The position numbers were made by a program, and so were the translations under genes. Shown piece after piece: positions 53,362 through 63,387 of a stretch of DNA of 64,000 nucleotides; within the stretch, counting starts at the first letter, position 1, and each line of letters starts with the position of its first letter. This DNA is from a virus, in the IMG/VR virus record IMGVR_UViG_3300027754_000069, positions 18,689 to 82,688 of that record; one strand, written 5' to 3'. Below the pieces are notes generated by a model. The model saw nothing but the letters and a program-made list of their open reading frames with translations. It was not told the DNA's origin and made no database searches.

Positions 53362-54109
53362 GTTCAGAATCAAGGGCGGGGGCTTGTGCCTCCGCCTTTT
53401 TTTCTGTCTCGTCCGCGACTAGGTGCGTGATCCAAAATAATTTATAGTAGTCATAGTCATAAGAAAATCTCTTCATGTGTTTAACTGTTGCACCTGTATG
53501 TGCGTGAAGTGGGACACCAGCTTGCTTCATTAGCATGAAGAACTGGATGTCTTCCGATACATACTGAGCATCAGTACCACCACTAGAATGCTCAACAAAG
53601 AATGGCTTGTCATGACCATGAAATTCTTTCATCTTGTCAGCCACTGATCTATGCATCAGGAAGAATCCATAGCCAGCATAATCACATTTAACTATGGCAT
53701 TAGGTTCCATTGGATGTAGGTATGACATCTGATGGATGTCATCTGGATGCGCTATGAATAGGCATGGGTACGGAGACATCAACGCCTGTTCATTCTCCTT
53801 GGAAATAAAGTATGTACCACTAACAGCTGGCATTGTCTTAGCGTCAGCTATATCCCAAATTTTTTTCAGCGCATCGTTGGTTACATGGATGTCGCTATCT
53901 ACCCAGAGAATCCAATCAAAGTCTGATGCATACCAAGTATCAAATGCCGTCTGTCGTTGACGCCCGATCTGATTACCTTGCACACGTTGAGCACCTCTGA
54001 TTGGCAAACCACTGGTCAGAACTGTGTAGACCAAACCCTCTGTGAACTTACCGTCTACCATCCCATTGTCACACCATGTAAGCATCATCTTTTCATTAGC
54101 TTTGTGCAT
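53348..54109 (-). CDS. Glycosyltransferase (GT2-like)
   Basis: Homolog of 11279. Confidence 0.8.
   Translation of the reverse strand: MHKANEKMMLTWCDNGMVDGKFTEGLVYTVLTSGLPIRGAQRVQGNQIGRQRQTAFDTWYASDFDWILWVDSDIHVTNDALKKIWDIADAKTMPAVSGTYFISKENEQALMSPYPCLFIAHPDDIHQMSYLHPMEPNAIVKCDYAGYGFFLMHRSVADKMKEFHGHDKPFFVEHSSGGTDAQYVSEDIQFFMLMKQAGVPLHAHTGATVKHMKRFSYDYDYYKLFWITHLVADETEKKAEAQAPALDSEPSSD
53372..53404 (+). terminator. Early-region terminator
   Basis: GGCGGGGGC..GCCTCCGCC plus T-run. Confidence 0.75.
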
Positions 54110-54275
54110 GATTACCTCCCCATCCTGTCCCTGTAAATTTAATTGGTGGTGCATTATATATTCTAGTTAGTGTGCTACCGCATACAGGACAGTCATACTC
54201 TTGTTCATCCTCTGTCATGCCACGTTCGATGATGACAACTTGTCCGTCACCTGGACATTCATATTCATAGTTCAT
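54096..54275 (-). CDS. FmdB-like zinc ribbon protein
   Basis: Read manually: MNYEYECPGD...CPVCG...FTGTGWGG. Confidence 0.8.
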   Translation of the reverse strand: MNYEYECPGDGQVVIIERGMTEDEQEYDCPVCGSTLTRIYNAPPIKFTGTGWGGNHAQS

Positions 54276-54913
54276 TAGTAAGGCGTAGCCCCTCCCAGTT
54301 TATCCGCTATCTCTTTGATCCCTTTGGCAATCAGTTGCTCAACACGTTGAGGTGAGATGTCCCAAGCTAGTGCTATCTCAGCTAATGGCTGGTCGTTAAC
54401 AAACCGACACGTAAGAATGCCTTGCATTCTTGAGTCAAGCTTCTTCATTGCTGCATCTACATCAGCAATCATTGCTGCTAAGTTGTTACCCTCATTAGCC
54501 AATCGCTTGACCTTGACACCATGTACATCTGGATCGAATACTTGGTTAGCCAAGTATGATTCATCAGTACCAGCAACCTTGATCAAGCTTTCAATTAACT
54601 CGAGGCGATAGAAGTATTCATCGCCGAGTTCATAACCTAAAGCTTTGGCTTTTTCCTTACGAACATACCGCTCGCCAGCCCTACGTATGAATGTATGAAA
54701 CGCTTTATACCCTTGCTTCTTCTCAATGGGATCTTCGCGGTCAAGGTACTCCTTGACTTTATCCTTACGCTTCCATGCGTACTCATTCATTGCTTGTCTA
54801 ACATCTTCAAGCTCAACGAATCGATGATAACGTTTAGATAAATGCCAAGCGATACCAGATGTTATCTCATTGATCTCTTGCCATATCGGATGGTCTCTTG
54901 TTAGGTCAGACAT
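54275..54913 (-). CDS. Sigma-70-like phage sigma factor
   Basis: Homolog of 12227..12865, same length. Confidence 0.7.
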   Translation of the reverse strand: MSDLTRDHPIWQEINEITSGIAWHLSKRYHRFVELEDVRQAMNEYAWKRKDKVKEYLDREDPIEKKQGYKAFHTFIRRAGERYVRKEKAKALGYELGDEYFYRLELIESLIKVAGTDESYLANQVFDPDVHGVKVKRLANEGNNLAAMIADVDAAMKKLDSRMQGILTCRFVNDQPLAEIALAWDISPQRVEQLIAKGIKEIADKLGGATPY

Positions 54914-55193
54914 ATTGCCTAACCAAGTACGTGTGTGCAGCAAGTAACAGATCGGGATCATCACCCAATAAACCTAATGCTCTGTTGTGATTAGAGCAGA
55001 GTAAGCCACGCACCTTGCCAGTACGATGGTCGTGATCTATATCCAACGCACGAACTGATGGACTAGCACCACAGATGTAACAGCCACCACCTTGTGACTC
55101 AAGCATCTCTTCGTATTGTTCTACGGTAATACCATAAGAACGAATCCGTGAACCACGTTGCTCATTGTAAGTTTTATTTCGATTGCGTGGCAT
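54906..55193 (-). CDS. Endonuclease VII family protein
   Basis: Same motifs as A. Confidence 0.9.
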   Translation of the reverse strand: MPRNRNKTYNEQRGSRIRSYGITVEQYEEMLESQGGGCYICGASPSVRALDIDHDHRTGKVRGLLCSNHNRALGLLGDDPDLLLAAHTYLVRQYV

Positions 55194-55491
55194 ACTTCTC
55201 CCAGATACCCCGCTCTACCATCAAAGCAATGATGGCGTAGTTAGCGATGTCAACGAAGCTATCTTCAAGAGCTTCGTTGTTGGGCTCGATGGAGTTGTAT
55301 ATAAGATTCTTAAGTCGCTCAAGTTTGTCGGACATGCGAACCATCAACCCATTCGTAGCACCGCCAGGTGCATTCCAAATGTTAAGTGGTCCGTAGTCAA
55401 TCTGTTTCATTACCAAGATACCAAGAAGCTCATCATAAATTTCTTGAGCATCTTCTTGGAAGTTATCTATGGTTAGTTTGTTCGTCGCCAA
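55174..55491 (-). CDS. DUF1599 / nucleotide-modification-associated domain protein
   Basis: Near-identical protein to 13126. Confidence 0.8.
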   Translation of the reverse strand: MATNKLTIDNFQEDAQEIYDELLGILVMKQIDYGPLNIWNAPGGATNGLMVRMSDKLERLKNLIYNSIEPNNEALEDSFVDIANYAIIALMVERGIWEKYATQSK

Positions 55492-55502
55492 CGGAGCACC
55501 TT

Positions 55503-56150
55503 TCAGTTGTTAATTGCATTAACTAAATCAGCTAATGCTTGCGCTCCTTGGTTGACAATTATACTATTAACATCGCTATCTGGCGGTAGCGACACGCGGA
55601 CAGCTTGAGGGATTGCATCCTGCAATCGACGAGCAAGTTCCTGCCCTGGATTAGAGCCATCCTCTTTAGCATCGTTGTCAGTACAGATTACAACAGTGCC
55701 AATCCCATCAAAACACCTACTAAAATAAGGCTTCCAAGCATTGACGCCAGCAACGGCAACCGCTGGGAACCCAGCAAGAGTCGCACTAATCGCATCTATT
55801 TCTCCCTCTACTACTAGCACTTGGCTAACTGCATTAACTATTGCACTGACATTGTATAGGTGGTGCTTCTGACCAGTAGGTATCATGTACTTAGGATCCC
55901 CGCCATCAATGCGACGGAACTTAAACCCAACTACACCAGCCTCTGTTATATAGGGGATGGATAGGTGATGCTTAAGTCTGTCCTCATGACCAGGTGCTAC
56001 CTCGGCTACGTAACCTAGCAAAAATTTTTCGGCTCCATCAAGGATGCCACGTTGTGTTAGGTACGCCTCTGCTGGTGAACCAGCAAGGCTGTTGTGGTAC
56101 TGATGTGCTGCTTTAGTCCAGAGATCTATGAGTTTGGGATTAGTCTTCAT
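55503..56150 (-). CDS. DNA primase Toprim half
   Basis: VEGEIDA, DND. Confidence 0.9.
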   Translation of the reverse strand: MKTNPKLIDLWTKAAHQYHNSLAGSPAEAYLTQRGILDGAEKFLLGYVAEVAPGHEDRLKHHLSIPYITEAGVVGFKFRRIDGGDPKYMIPTGQKHHLYNVSAIVNAVSQVLVVEGEIDAISATLAGFPAVAVAGVNAWKPYFSRCFDGIGTVVICTDNDAKEDGSNPGQELARRLQDAIPQAVRVSLPPDSDVNSIIVNQGAQALADLVNAINN

Positions 56151-56677
56151 ACTTTCTCCTGCCTGTGCGTAATGAATGGAGGTGCAGTGTATACATCATT
56201 GCGAGCAGCAATCTGCATTGCTTGTTTCCATGTTGCACCACCCGCTAGTGCGCCTAGTGCAAAGCTTGACCCTGACCCTACGCCATACAGCCCATCATCA
56301 CGTAAGTATACAGAATAAGAATCATCTACTTGGTAGATAGTTCCATTGATTGCAAGTATAAACTCAAACCCAGCATCTGCATCATCCTTATCTGGTACAT
56401 ACCCTGACTCCTTGATGCAATCTCTTATGCTTGGTGCAACAGTTGTAATCATAAAGTGATACATGTCTTTGATGTTAGCTGGTATAGCTGGCGGTTTCCA
56501 CACATGTTGTATCACATCACATGGTTGCACATCACCAGCACCAGCAATTAACCACTTACCCCGCTTGCTAATCTTAGTAACAATTGGATGTGAGTATGGT
56601 CTGTTCATTGCAGTGGTGCGTGAATCGGCTGCAAGAATGCAGCCGTTGTCTTGTTGGATACCAATAATTGTTGTCAT
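56147..56677 (-). CDS. Proteasome-beta/HslV-like Ntn hydrolase
   Basis: MTTIIG..AADSR..GSGS; ATGA overlaps at both ends. Confidence 0.85.
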   Translation of the reverse strand: MTTIIGIQQDNGCILAADSRTTAMNRPYSHPIVTKISKRGKWLIAGAGDVQPCDVIQHVWKPPAIPANIKDMYHFMITTVAPSIRDCIKESGYVPDKDDADAGFEFILAINGTIYQVDDSYSVYLRDDGLYGVGSGSSFALGALAGGATWKQAMQIAARNDVYTAPPFITHRQEKV

Positions 56678-57000
56678 CGAGATCGTAACCTTGGTGGTGT
56701 CCACCGCCCACTCTTCTTACTGCGACGATTGTGAACAATCGGAGTAGAAGATTCTTTGCCAATATTTTTTTCAGCCCATGACCGAGCTTCTGGGTATGCT
56801 AAATGTTCACGTGCCATGATGATCTGTATACCAGAACCACCAGCAGCACATGCATAGCATACCCAGACGCCCTTGTCTGAGTTAACTGAAGCAGATTTAC
56901 GAGAGTCGTCATGCACTGGACAGAGAATAGACTTCTCACCTTGCGGTAAGTCCAATCCATAATGATTAAAGACTGCTTCAAGAAACTCAGGCTGGTTCAC
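56674..57000 (-). CDS. DNA primase CHC2 zinc-binding half
   Basis: CPVHDD..CYAC. Confidence 0.9.
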   Translation of the reverse strand: MNQPEFLEAVFNHYGLDLPQGEKSILCPVHDDSRKSASVNSDKGVWVCYACAAGGSGIQIIMAREHLAYPEARSWAEKNIGKESSTPIVHNRRSKKSGRWTPPRLRSR

Positions 57001-57378
57001 TTAATACCAATTCCTTTCTTGATGGAACTTGTATGCCTTGCACCAAGTCCCGTAACGATGAAGCACATACTCGTGTGCTTCTGATGTTTGTTTCAGTATG
57101 GACCACTCGGGTTTTCCCCACAGTAGTTGCCATACTCCACGTGCTCCACTCGATTTGTTGTAGGAGCCTACGTTGTATCGGCTTTCCTTGTACGCAATCT
57201 TCTTCGCACAAGCTGCCTCTTGTTTGTCCGTTGTTACTGTGCTTATCGCAAGCTCTATCGCTGGTTCCTTGTCCATCGCCATGATGCGTTTGTCCAAGGT
57301 CATGATTGGAGACTGTGCTTCCGCTGGCGACATTAAAACCAATGTCGCCGTTACTACGGTTAATGCAATCAACCGCAT
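57001..57378 (-). CDS. Secreted SLT/lysozyme-like protein
   Basis: Homolog of 14962. Confidence 0.75.
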   Translation of the reverse strand: MRLIALTVVTATLVLMSPAEAQSPIMTLDKRIMAMDKEPAIELAISTVTTDKQEAACAKKIAYKESRYNVGSYNKSSGARGVWQLLWGKPEWSILKQTSEAHEYVLHRYGTWCKAYKFHQERNWY

Positions 57379-57416
57379 AGTTACCTCTTTTCAGTTGGTA
57401 ACGCACTGTCACTGTG

Positions 57417-57770
57417 CTACCTATGTCCATTGTAACCTGCCTGTTTTAGCAGATCAGCCCAGAGCCATGCGGGCATTACCGCGTATGACTCTGAGACATT
57501 TGTAGTGCCACGCTTTTTTATTAGCACCACGCCAGTCTCAGCATCAGCATGAGTCATCTCATCTGAGAGCTCCTGCAGATAGCCACTGAGAGTGATCTTC
57601 TTTTCGTTCTTACATTCTATCACTACGCCATCGATGCCATCAATATCACCAACGTCGTCGTGACGACCTGCACCATACGCACGTTCAGCGCATGGAAAAC
57701 CATACGAGACTAGCCACTTGACTACATCTCTTTCGTATTGTGAACCTTTACGTTTGCTTGGTGTTGTCAT
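57417..57770 (-). CDS. Holliday junction resolvase
   Basis: Homolog of 15378. Confidence 0.85.
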   Translation of the reverse strand: MTTPSKRKGSQYERDVVKWLVSYGFPCAERAYGAGRHDDVGDIDGIDGVVIECKNEKKITLSGYLQELSDEMTHADAETGVVLIKKRGTTNVSESYAVMPAWLWADLLKQAGYNGHR

Positions 57771-58024
57771 ACATAGTCCGAGCTAAGAATAGATTCTAAT
57801 TGGATACCAAGTTGTCTACGCATCTGCATTCTAACGCGAGGAACTGTGCCACCCCAGATACCGAAAGCTTCGTGACGCATGCCCCACTCCAAACATTCTT
57901 TAATTACTGGACAACTACTGCAAATCTTTTTTGCTATTGGAACAATGCTTACATCATCTTCTGGATAAAAAAATTCAATGCCAACCTCTTTACATAAAGC
58001 TTCACTAAAGTCTGGATACTTCAT
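57767..58024 (-). CDS. whiB: WhiB family transcriptional regulator
   Basis: Four Cys plus GIWGG. Confidence 0.95.
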   Translation of the reverse strand: MKYPDFSEALCKEVGIEFFYPEDDVSIVPIAKKICSSCPVIKECLEWGMRHEAFGIWGGTVPRVRMQMRRQLGIQLESILSSDYV

Positions 58025-58526
58025 TGATTAGCACCTCTATCGGTTGTAGTTGATCAGCGTCCATAACTAATCGGATGCCGTAACCATAGTCATGCTTGTA
58101 ATGATTTGCAAGAAATAATTCTCGTGTCGTCCAACCAAGTATTGAGAATTTACTATCTACATGTGGCAACTGTTTATCGCCAAAGAACTGCACCAATACT
58201 GCATAGTCAGATACAAATAACTCTGGTGCATTAAAGATTAATTTATCTAATGTCGATGTCTTGACTTGTATATTTTTTCCCAGTGGTGTAGATAAGTCGT
58301 GTCCATTATCACCACTCGGCGAAATCGATCTGTCCACCTGAAGCCCAAGCCCTTTGCCACACGCCATCTCACCGAGCTGACCCATAAGATTAACCGAATA
58401 CGATGAATTGTTTCTGTCAAATTTTTTGTCAACAACTTCATATTGTTTTTTGTTTTCTCTCACTAGGTGGATGAAGCGAAGCGCATCCATAGTCTCATCT
58501 AAAGTTAGTTCAATATCTATTGCCAT
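58005..58526 (-). CDS. Putative PD-(D/E)XK-fold nuclease (B allele)
   Basis: G..GE, D.GHDL, IQVKT, LGW; not alignable with the A allele by eye. Confidence 0.6.
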   Translation of the reverse strand: MAIDIELTLDETMDALRFIHLVRENKKQYEVVDKKFDRNNSSYSVNLMGQLGEMACGKGLGLQVDRSISPSGDNGHDLSTPLGKNIQVKTSTLDKLIFNAPELFVSDYAVLVQFFGDKQLPHVDSKFSILGWTTRELFLANHYKHDYGYGIRLVMDADQLQPIEVLINEVSRL

Positions 58527-59350
58527 TGACGCATAGTCCTTGCTCTTTGCAATTCACTAGGTGAGTTATACAAAGTCATATGGCTTGCCTCCGCTGACAG
58601 CGAGATGTAAATCTCTGCTGTTGGGTCAGCCTTACCATGTCGGTTCTTCACTACAGCAACGCGGTAAGCATTTGCCTGTCCGTCTAGTGCAACACTAAGA
58701 ACCAACTCTGGTAACGCTGCAACCTTACCCATCAATGCCTTACGCGGAGCAGGATAGTTAGGCTTAGACATCTTTTCGTTCTCGGATACATGGTGCAGAA
58801 CGATAAATGCTGACTCGTATTCACGAGCCATATAGTGGAACGCTGACATTGCATCACGCAATGCAGTCCATTCATTGTCGCTTGTTGAAGCAACATTCAT
58901 CAAGTTGTCTACAAAGATTGCTTGTGGTGCAGAGCCGTGCAGTTCTATCCAAGCTTCTATTTCTTCTTCGATATCTTCTAACGAAGGCGACGGATCAAAG
59001 TTGAATCGAACATGCCCTGCACCATCAGCGAGTGCATCCTCTAAAAGAACGGATGCTTCAGAGTCCATCATCTTCTCAACGTATGCTACTTCTCTCTCCA
59101 TAAGGATTGCCCCTGCGCGAGTGGCTATTGTTCGGGAGTCAGAGTCAGCTGAAAAGTAAAGCGAAGGAACTTTAGAATTAATTGCGTACCACAGTGCAAG
59201 TAGTGTCTTACCACCACCAGGTTGTGCTGCTATCAAATGCAATTGCGCTTGACGAAACACTACCTGTGATTGAGTAAGTTGTGGCAATATCTCTGGAAGC
59301 ATATGACCAACAGGAGATTCAACTCCCACTACCTGCAACAGTGAACGCAT
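58517..59350 (-). CDS. DnaB/RecA-like helicase
   Basis: Homolog of 16545. Confidence 0.9.
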   Translation of the reverse strand: MRSLLQVVGVESPVGHMLPEILPQLTQSQVVFRQAQLHLIAAQPGGGKTLLALWYAINSKVPSLYFSADSDSRTIATRAGAILMEREVAYVEKMMDSEASVLLEDALADGAGHVRFNFDPSPSLEDIEEEIEAWIELHGSAPQAIFVDNLMNVASTSDNEWTALRDAMSAFHYMAREYESAFIVLHHVSENEKMSKPNYPAPRKALMGKVAALPELVLSVALDGQANAYRVAVVKNRHGKADPTAEIYISLSAEASHMTLYNSPSELQRARTMRQWQ

Positions 59351-59352
59351 TG

Positions 59353-59826
59353 TTACTTAGCCCAGATAGTTTCTGCTTCTACTGCACCTGGAGTAAAAGG
59401 CTTTGGTCCCTTGGCTGGGTCAAACCAACCAACATAAGCCTTGCCAGCTTTGGAAGTACCCTTCTTCTTTGCGTACTTACCTCGACCGTCTGGCAATGCT
59501 GGTGCATCTGGATGTCCATATGTCCATTCATTACCGTAGCGATCAATGATTACTTCAATTGCTGCAGCGGATGTGCCTGCTGCAACTGGAGTTGGATTGA
59601 GACCAGCATCTTGTAGCACTTGCACTGCTGCTGCTGAAGCAGCAAATGCACCACCTGACGCACCACCTGAGCGGTTGTTAAGTGATTGCTGTAGCGCAGT
59701 AGCGGAAGCAATTGCTTCTACTGCTGCTGTTAGATTTGCGCTGAACTCGCTAACACTATTACCGCGAACGGTGAATAGGTCAGTTGAGTTTAGCTTGCCT
59801 GTATATGAGAACATAGATTCAGTCAT
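59353..59826 (-). CDS. Conserved replication-module protein
   Basis: Homolog of 17378. Confidence 0.8.
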   Translation of the reverse strand: MTESMFSYTGKLNSTDLFTVRGNSVSEFSANLTAAVEAIASATALQQSLNNRSGGASGGAFAASAAAVQVLQDAGLNPTPVAAGTSAAAIEVIIDRYGNEWTYGHPDAPALPDGRGKYAKKKGTSKAGKAYVGWFDPAKGPKPFTPGAVEAETIWAK

Positions 59827-60496
59827 CTAGTTCATCTCCTTTTCTTTTTCCCTGGATTTGTAATGGGAAATCTTTGCCACCCATTGCAGGACATTGTGCC
59901 GTAAAACTGCACATCCTGCATGAGTCACCAACTGATGGCGGAAACCAACCTTCCCAGACGGAAGCGTTCATCGCACCAAATACATAATCGAAATATTCCA
60001 TTGACAGATGTGATAGGTCAATCAATTCATCAAGCTCGCCTTTGCGAGTCATGAAGAAGGCTCCCCACTTAGGGCGGATGCCATAACTACGTTCAATACC
60101 AGAGGCATAGAGACCCGCTTGGATTGCACCGAAGGGCGTCCTAGAACCTGTCTTGTAGTCAACGATAACCAAGTCTTCCCCTACTTGGTAGATCGCATCA
60201 ACAACCATACGCACTGGTGTACCCCCGAAGAATACATCAGCAGCCCATTCAATTCCAGGACGACCATCGGGCATTGTTGCAATTTTCCAACCAGATTGTT
60301 TGTACCAGTTATAGTACGCCTCAACCTGCTTGAGTCCATCGCTCTGCCAAAAGGGCAGATCTTCCCCATCAGGACGCAAGGTGGTCTTGCGTCCCGCTGT
60401 CTTCCACTCCGTAGAGGGAATGCCAGTCTTCTGTTCTGTTTCTAGAACAGCGTCATTAAATACTTCAGCCCACTTAGTTGTCAAATCGATAGTCAT
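59819..60496 (-). CDS. Cas4/RecB-like exonuclease, C-terminal part
   Basis: IVDYKTG, QxxxY, CxxC..C. Confidence 0.88.
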   Translation of the reverse strand: MTIDLTTKWAEVFNDAVLETEQKTGIPSTEWKTAGRKTTLRPDGEDLPFWQSDGLKQVEAYYNWYKQSGWKIATMPDGRPGIEWAADVFFGGTPVRMVVDAIYQVGEDLVIVDYKTGSRTPFGAIQAGLYASGIERSYGIRPKWGAFFMTRKGELDELIDLSHLSMEYFDYVFGAMNASVWEGWFPPSVGDSCRMCSFTAQCPAMGGKDFPLQIQGKRKGDELDD

Positions 60497-60704
60497 CGGG
60501 GTTCCATTCTGGGTGATCTACTGGTGTCGGTGCTGTCATTGGTGAGCCACAGTTGGCACAAAAAGAATCTAAGAACCACATAACTAGTTCGTAGTCTGAG
60601 AAGATTGCTCTGATAACTTGGACGTTACTCCCGCAATTAATACACTCATTGCTGGGTACGCCACGTTGGTCAATCCCCTGTGGAGTGTTGTCGGTAGAGC
60701 TCAT
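60474..60704 (-). CDS. Zn-ribbon protein between the nuclease halves
   Basis: Homolog of 18510. Confidence 0.8.
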   Translation of the reverse strand: MSSTDNTPQGIDQRGVPSNECINCGSNVQVIRAIFSDYELVMWFLDSFCANCGSPMTAPTPVDHPEWNPDDYRFDN

Positions 60705-60867
60705 GGTTTAACCACTCCAACATTGAATGGACGGCGGAGCCAGCAGCAAGATATACTGCGGGCTTTTCTGGAACCATGGCTACCTTACTCAGATAATATT
60801 TCTGAGGGCAGGACTGCCACGTGGATAGCTGGCTGAATGAGCGGTGCGGAGGAAGTTCATTTATCAT
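60670..60867 (-). CDS. Cas4/RecB-like exonuclease, N-terminal part
   Basis: Homolog of 18721..18912. Confidence 0.85.
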   Translation of the reverse strand: MINELPPHRSFSQLSTWQSCPQKYYLSKVAMVPEKPAVYLAAGSAVHSMLEWLNHELYRQHSTGD

Positions 60868-60902
60868 AGACATGAGTATACCTGACCAAGAGGCGATGTG
60901 TC
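60868..60902 (-). promoter_or_regulatory. Leaderless promoter of the replication operon
   Basis: GACAC-17-TATACT-7 nt-ATG. Confidence 0.7.
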
Positions 60903-60941
60903 GGTTACGACACACCTTGGTTATTTACCAGCATTAGTATA

Positions 60942-60963
60942 GGGTTGAGGGGTGGTGGGAGGG
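60942..60963 (+). other. G-quadruplex-type motif
   Basis: Identical to 18985-19006. Confidence 0.6.
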
Positions 60964-60992
60964 ATAGGCTGCTTTAGCAGCCTTATGAAAAG
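60963..60992 (+). promoter_or_regulatory. Hairpin element H8 (GATA-GGCTGC-TTTA-GCAGCC-TTATGAAAA)
   Basis: Same layout as the family; precedes the only rightward gene outside the early region. Confidence 0.55.
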
Positions 60993-61004
60993 ACATGGAG
61001 GAAA

Positions 61005-61214
61005 ATGAAACAGGAAGAACAGGATAAATGGAATGAGTATGTGGGTGGGCTTTTAGCCCACCATAAGAATGAAGAGCACGTAGAGCATATGAAGAAAGTA
61101 ATCATAAAGATTTTAGAGACAAGAATCCCAGCGAAAGATAACTGGTGTGAGGGTTTTAATACTGGCTTAGAGTGGTCAGTTCGTATTTACTTAAAAGATA
61201 AATCTGCTTACTAA
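61005..61214 (+). CDS. Hypothetical protein (B-only moron-like insert)
   Basis: GGAGG SD; EGFNTGL motif; bounded by H8 and a terminator. Confidence 0.7.
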   Translation: MKQEEQDKWNEYVGGLLAHHKNEEHVEHMKKVIIKILETRIPAKDNWCEGFNTGLEWSVRIYLKDKSAY

Positions 61215-61216
61215 AT

Positions 61217-61253
61217 AAAAAAAGAGGGGGACGATTAAGTCCCCCTCCTCTTC
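61217..61253. terminator. Bidirectional terminator
   Basis: Conserved with 19050-19086. Confidence 0.8.
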
Positions 61254-61258
61254 TAGCC

Positions 61259-61474
61259 CTACCATTCTGGTGGAGCAACTGCGAGCGCATCCAGCGTGGC
61301 TTTATTGATGCACCCGACTGCTGGGATGTCATAGCGATGCTGCAACCCTTTAAGTATTTCCTGTAGGGGAGCATCTAGCCGATCATCACCAGCAACATTA
61401 AGAGCTACACGTACTTGTGTAACCAATGGCGATCTTTCTTCTGGTAGTACTAACGGTAAATATGTTTCAATCAA
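61259..61474 (-). CDS. Stand-alone peptidoglycan-binding-domain-like protein
   Basis: Homolog of 19093. Confidence 0.65.
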   Translation of the reverse strand: MIETYLPLVLPEERSPLVTQVRVALNVAGDDRLDAPLQEILKGLQHRYDIPAVGCINKATLDALAVAPPEW

Positions 61475-63378
61475 ACTACTACTTCTTCTGTGTCGATTGT
61501 TTGCAATTGCAGTGTGACGATACCGCCGAACCCGCTTGCAAAAGTGGGAGGTGCAGTTTGCTCAAACTGAATAGCACGGATAACACAGATTCTTTCTTCT
61601 CCTGAGTTGAAATCTTGGTAGAGTACTGCTCCGCCATTCTGCTCAATAGACTCAAGGTATTGGATTCTCTCCCATGGGCTGGAGACTCGTGTGTTTCCAT
61701 TTGGATCTCTTTCTTCCTCATAGCAAAGCAAAGGTATTGTTATTGTTCGTGAACGCAGTGGTGATGGAAGAGCACGTACTTGCCATTCAGTTAGCGTTGG
61801 TCCAAGTGATGATGTAGTTGTATCTCGCGCAAAGTTAAATGTAACTTGGAATACGTCAGCTGGTGATATATAACTAGCAAGCGCAGCTTCAGTGTTAGGA
61901 CCAAATGGAACTGTTCCAGTTGTTAATAGTTGGTCAGCGTTATCATCAAGGTTAAACCCAAGTGTTCCGCTAGAATCTGGATCTGACTTAATGCTTAGTG
62001 ATACTGGTTGTTTCTTTTCTCCAGTACCCCATCGGATTAATCCAGAGCTAAGGTAGCCAGATGCAGCCAGGGTAGTTGCATGTTCTACCCATGTGCCAGA
62101 TGAGGATGTCATAAATTTTAATCCAGTAGTTCCAACAAAAGCTATACCGTTTGGAGCATTGCTATCTGTTACAAGATCTGGAGCGTAGGCATAACCGTTG
62201 TCAATAGCTTGACCAAGGTTAAGACGCCATAACCCAGCAGAACCTGAAACAAGATTTGATCTTGTCGCATATACATATGATTCATCTTGTGCTACATCTT
62301 TTACATCGCCATCGACGTTGATGGGACCGTAAGTAAATGATTGACCATCTGTCCCAATAGTTCCAATACGTAAACCTTTTGTTGTAGCAAGGATTACATA
62401 TTCATTAAGGTATGTTCGCAGTTGATTAACTGTTTCACCACGAGGTAGCTCAGCAATAATAGTTGGTCCAACAATTGCAGCAGTAGGTGAGGTTGGATTA
62501 ATTGTGTACATTTGAACACGTGATATAGCACCTTGTGTATAGGCAACCACAACAGCACTTGGTAATTCTGCAATTGAATTAAATGTTATAGATGAATTGG
62601 CAAAGGTAAACCTTATATCACCACTAGCCATGTTTACAGGTGGACTGGTTGGATTTCTTGCCAACTCATAGAGATGCATATCTGTGTTATCGTGCATAAC
62701 TCCAGCAACAATTCTATCTTTGACATATGCAATAGATTGAACTGTTTGTGTGGTAACACCTGTCTTCTTGGAGTATAACTTAGTCACAGCTAACGCTGTG
62801 GTTACCTGATAGATACCATCGTTAGTTCCTACCAATGCATAGGTTCCATCCGATGTCAATGTTTGTGCAGTTGTTGATGTGCCTAATGATGTTGTTGTGG
62901 TGGTTGATCCATTGTAGAACTTAACAGAACCACCAGAAATATAAAAGGTTCCGCTAGATACCGTGGCAGGGCTAGTGGCTGAAGAGGTTGTTAAGTTTGT
63001 TGTAGCGGGAAGAAGCTTTAATTCACCAAGAGTCCATGGGTCTATGTTGTTTGATTCGTAGTAGCGATAGAGATCGCTAGTATCAGCGTCATAGTATTGC
63101 TCGCCCGCACCATGATGCCATGATGTAGCAGAACGTAACCACCAGTTTGTCAATGACTGTTCACCAGTCAATGTTCCTTGGTCAATACGTTCCTTCTGGT
63201 AAGTCGTAGTGATACGACTGATACGGTTGTTGTCAGATGCAGCTGATAACCAAGGTGTGTTACCAATGGCATAGCTTGCAGCAAAGTCTTCCCTGCCGTA
63301 TCGAACCAATGCTGTAGGCACGTTAGTGCTAATAGCAATAGGTAGATCACCTTTAAGATACTTGTTGGTCGTTGCCAC
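61471..63378 (-). CDS. Tail (nozzle-like) structural protein
   Basis: Homolog of 19311. Confidence 0.6.
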   Translation of the reverse strand: MATTNKYLKGDLPIAISTNVPTALVRYGREDFAASYAIGNTPWLSAASDNNRISRITTTYQKERIDQGTLTGEQSLTNWWLRSATSWHHGAGEQYYDADTSDLYRYYESNNIDPWTLGELKLLPATTNLTTSSATSPATVSSGTFYISGGSVKFYNGSTTTTTSLGTSTTAQTLTSDGTYALVGTNDGIYQVTTALAVTKLYSKKTGVTTQTVQSIAYVKDRIVAGVMHDNTDMHLYELARNPTSPPVNMASGDIRFTFANSSITFNSIAELPSAVVVAYTQGAISRVQMYTINPTSPTAAIVGPTIIAELPRGETVNQLRTYLNEYVILATTKGLRIGTIGTDGQSFTYGPINVDGDVKDVAQDESYVYATRSNLVSGSAGLWRLNLGQAIDNGYAYAPDLVTDSNAPNGIAFVGTTGLKFMTSSSGTWVEHATTLAASGYLSSGLIRWGTGEKKQPVSLSIKSDPDSSGTLGFNLDDNADQLLTTGTVPFGPNTEAALASYISPADVFQVTFNFARDTTTSSLGPTLTEWQVRALPSPLRSRTITIPLLCYEEERDPNGNTRVSSPWERIQYLESIEQNGGAVLYQDFNSGEERICVIRAIQFEQTAPPTFASGFGGIVTLQLQTIDTEEVVV

Positions 63379-63387
63379 GATTTACCC

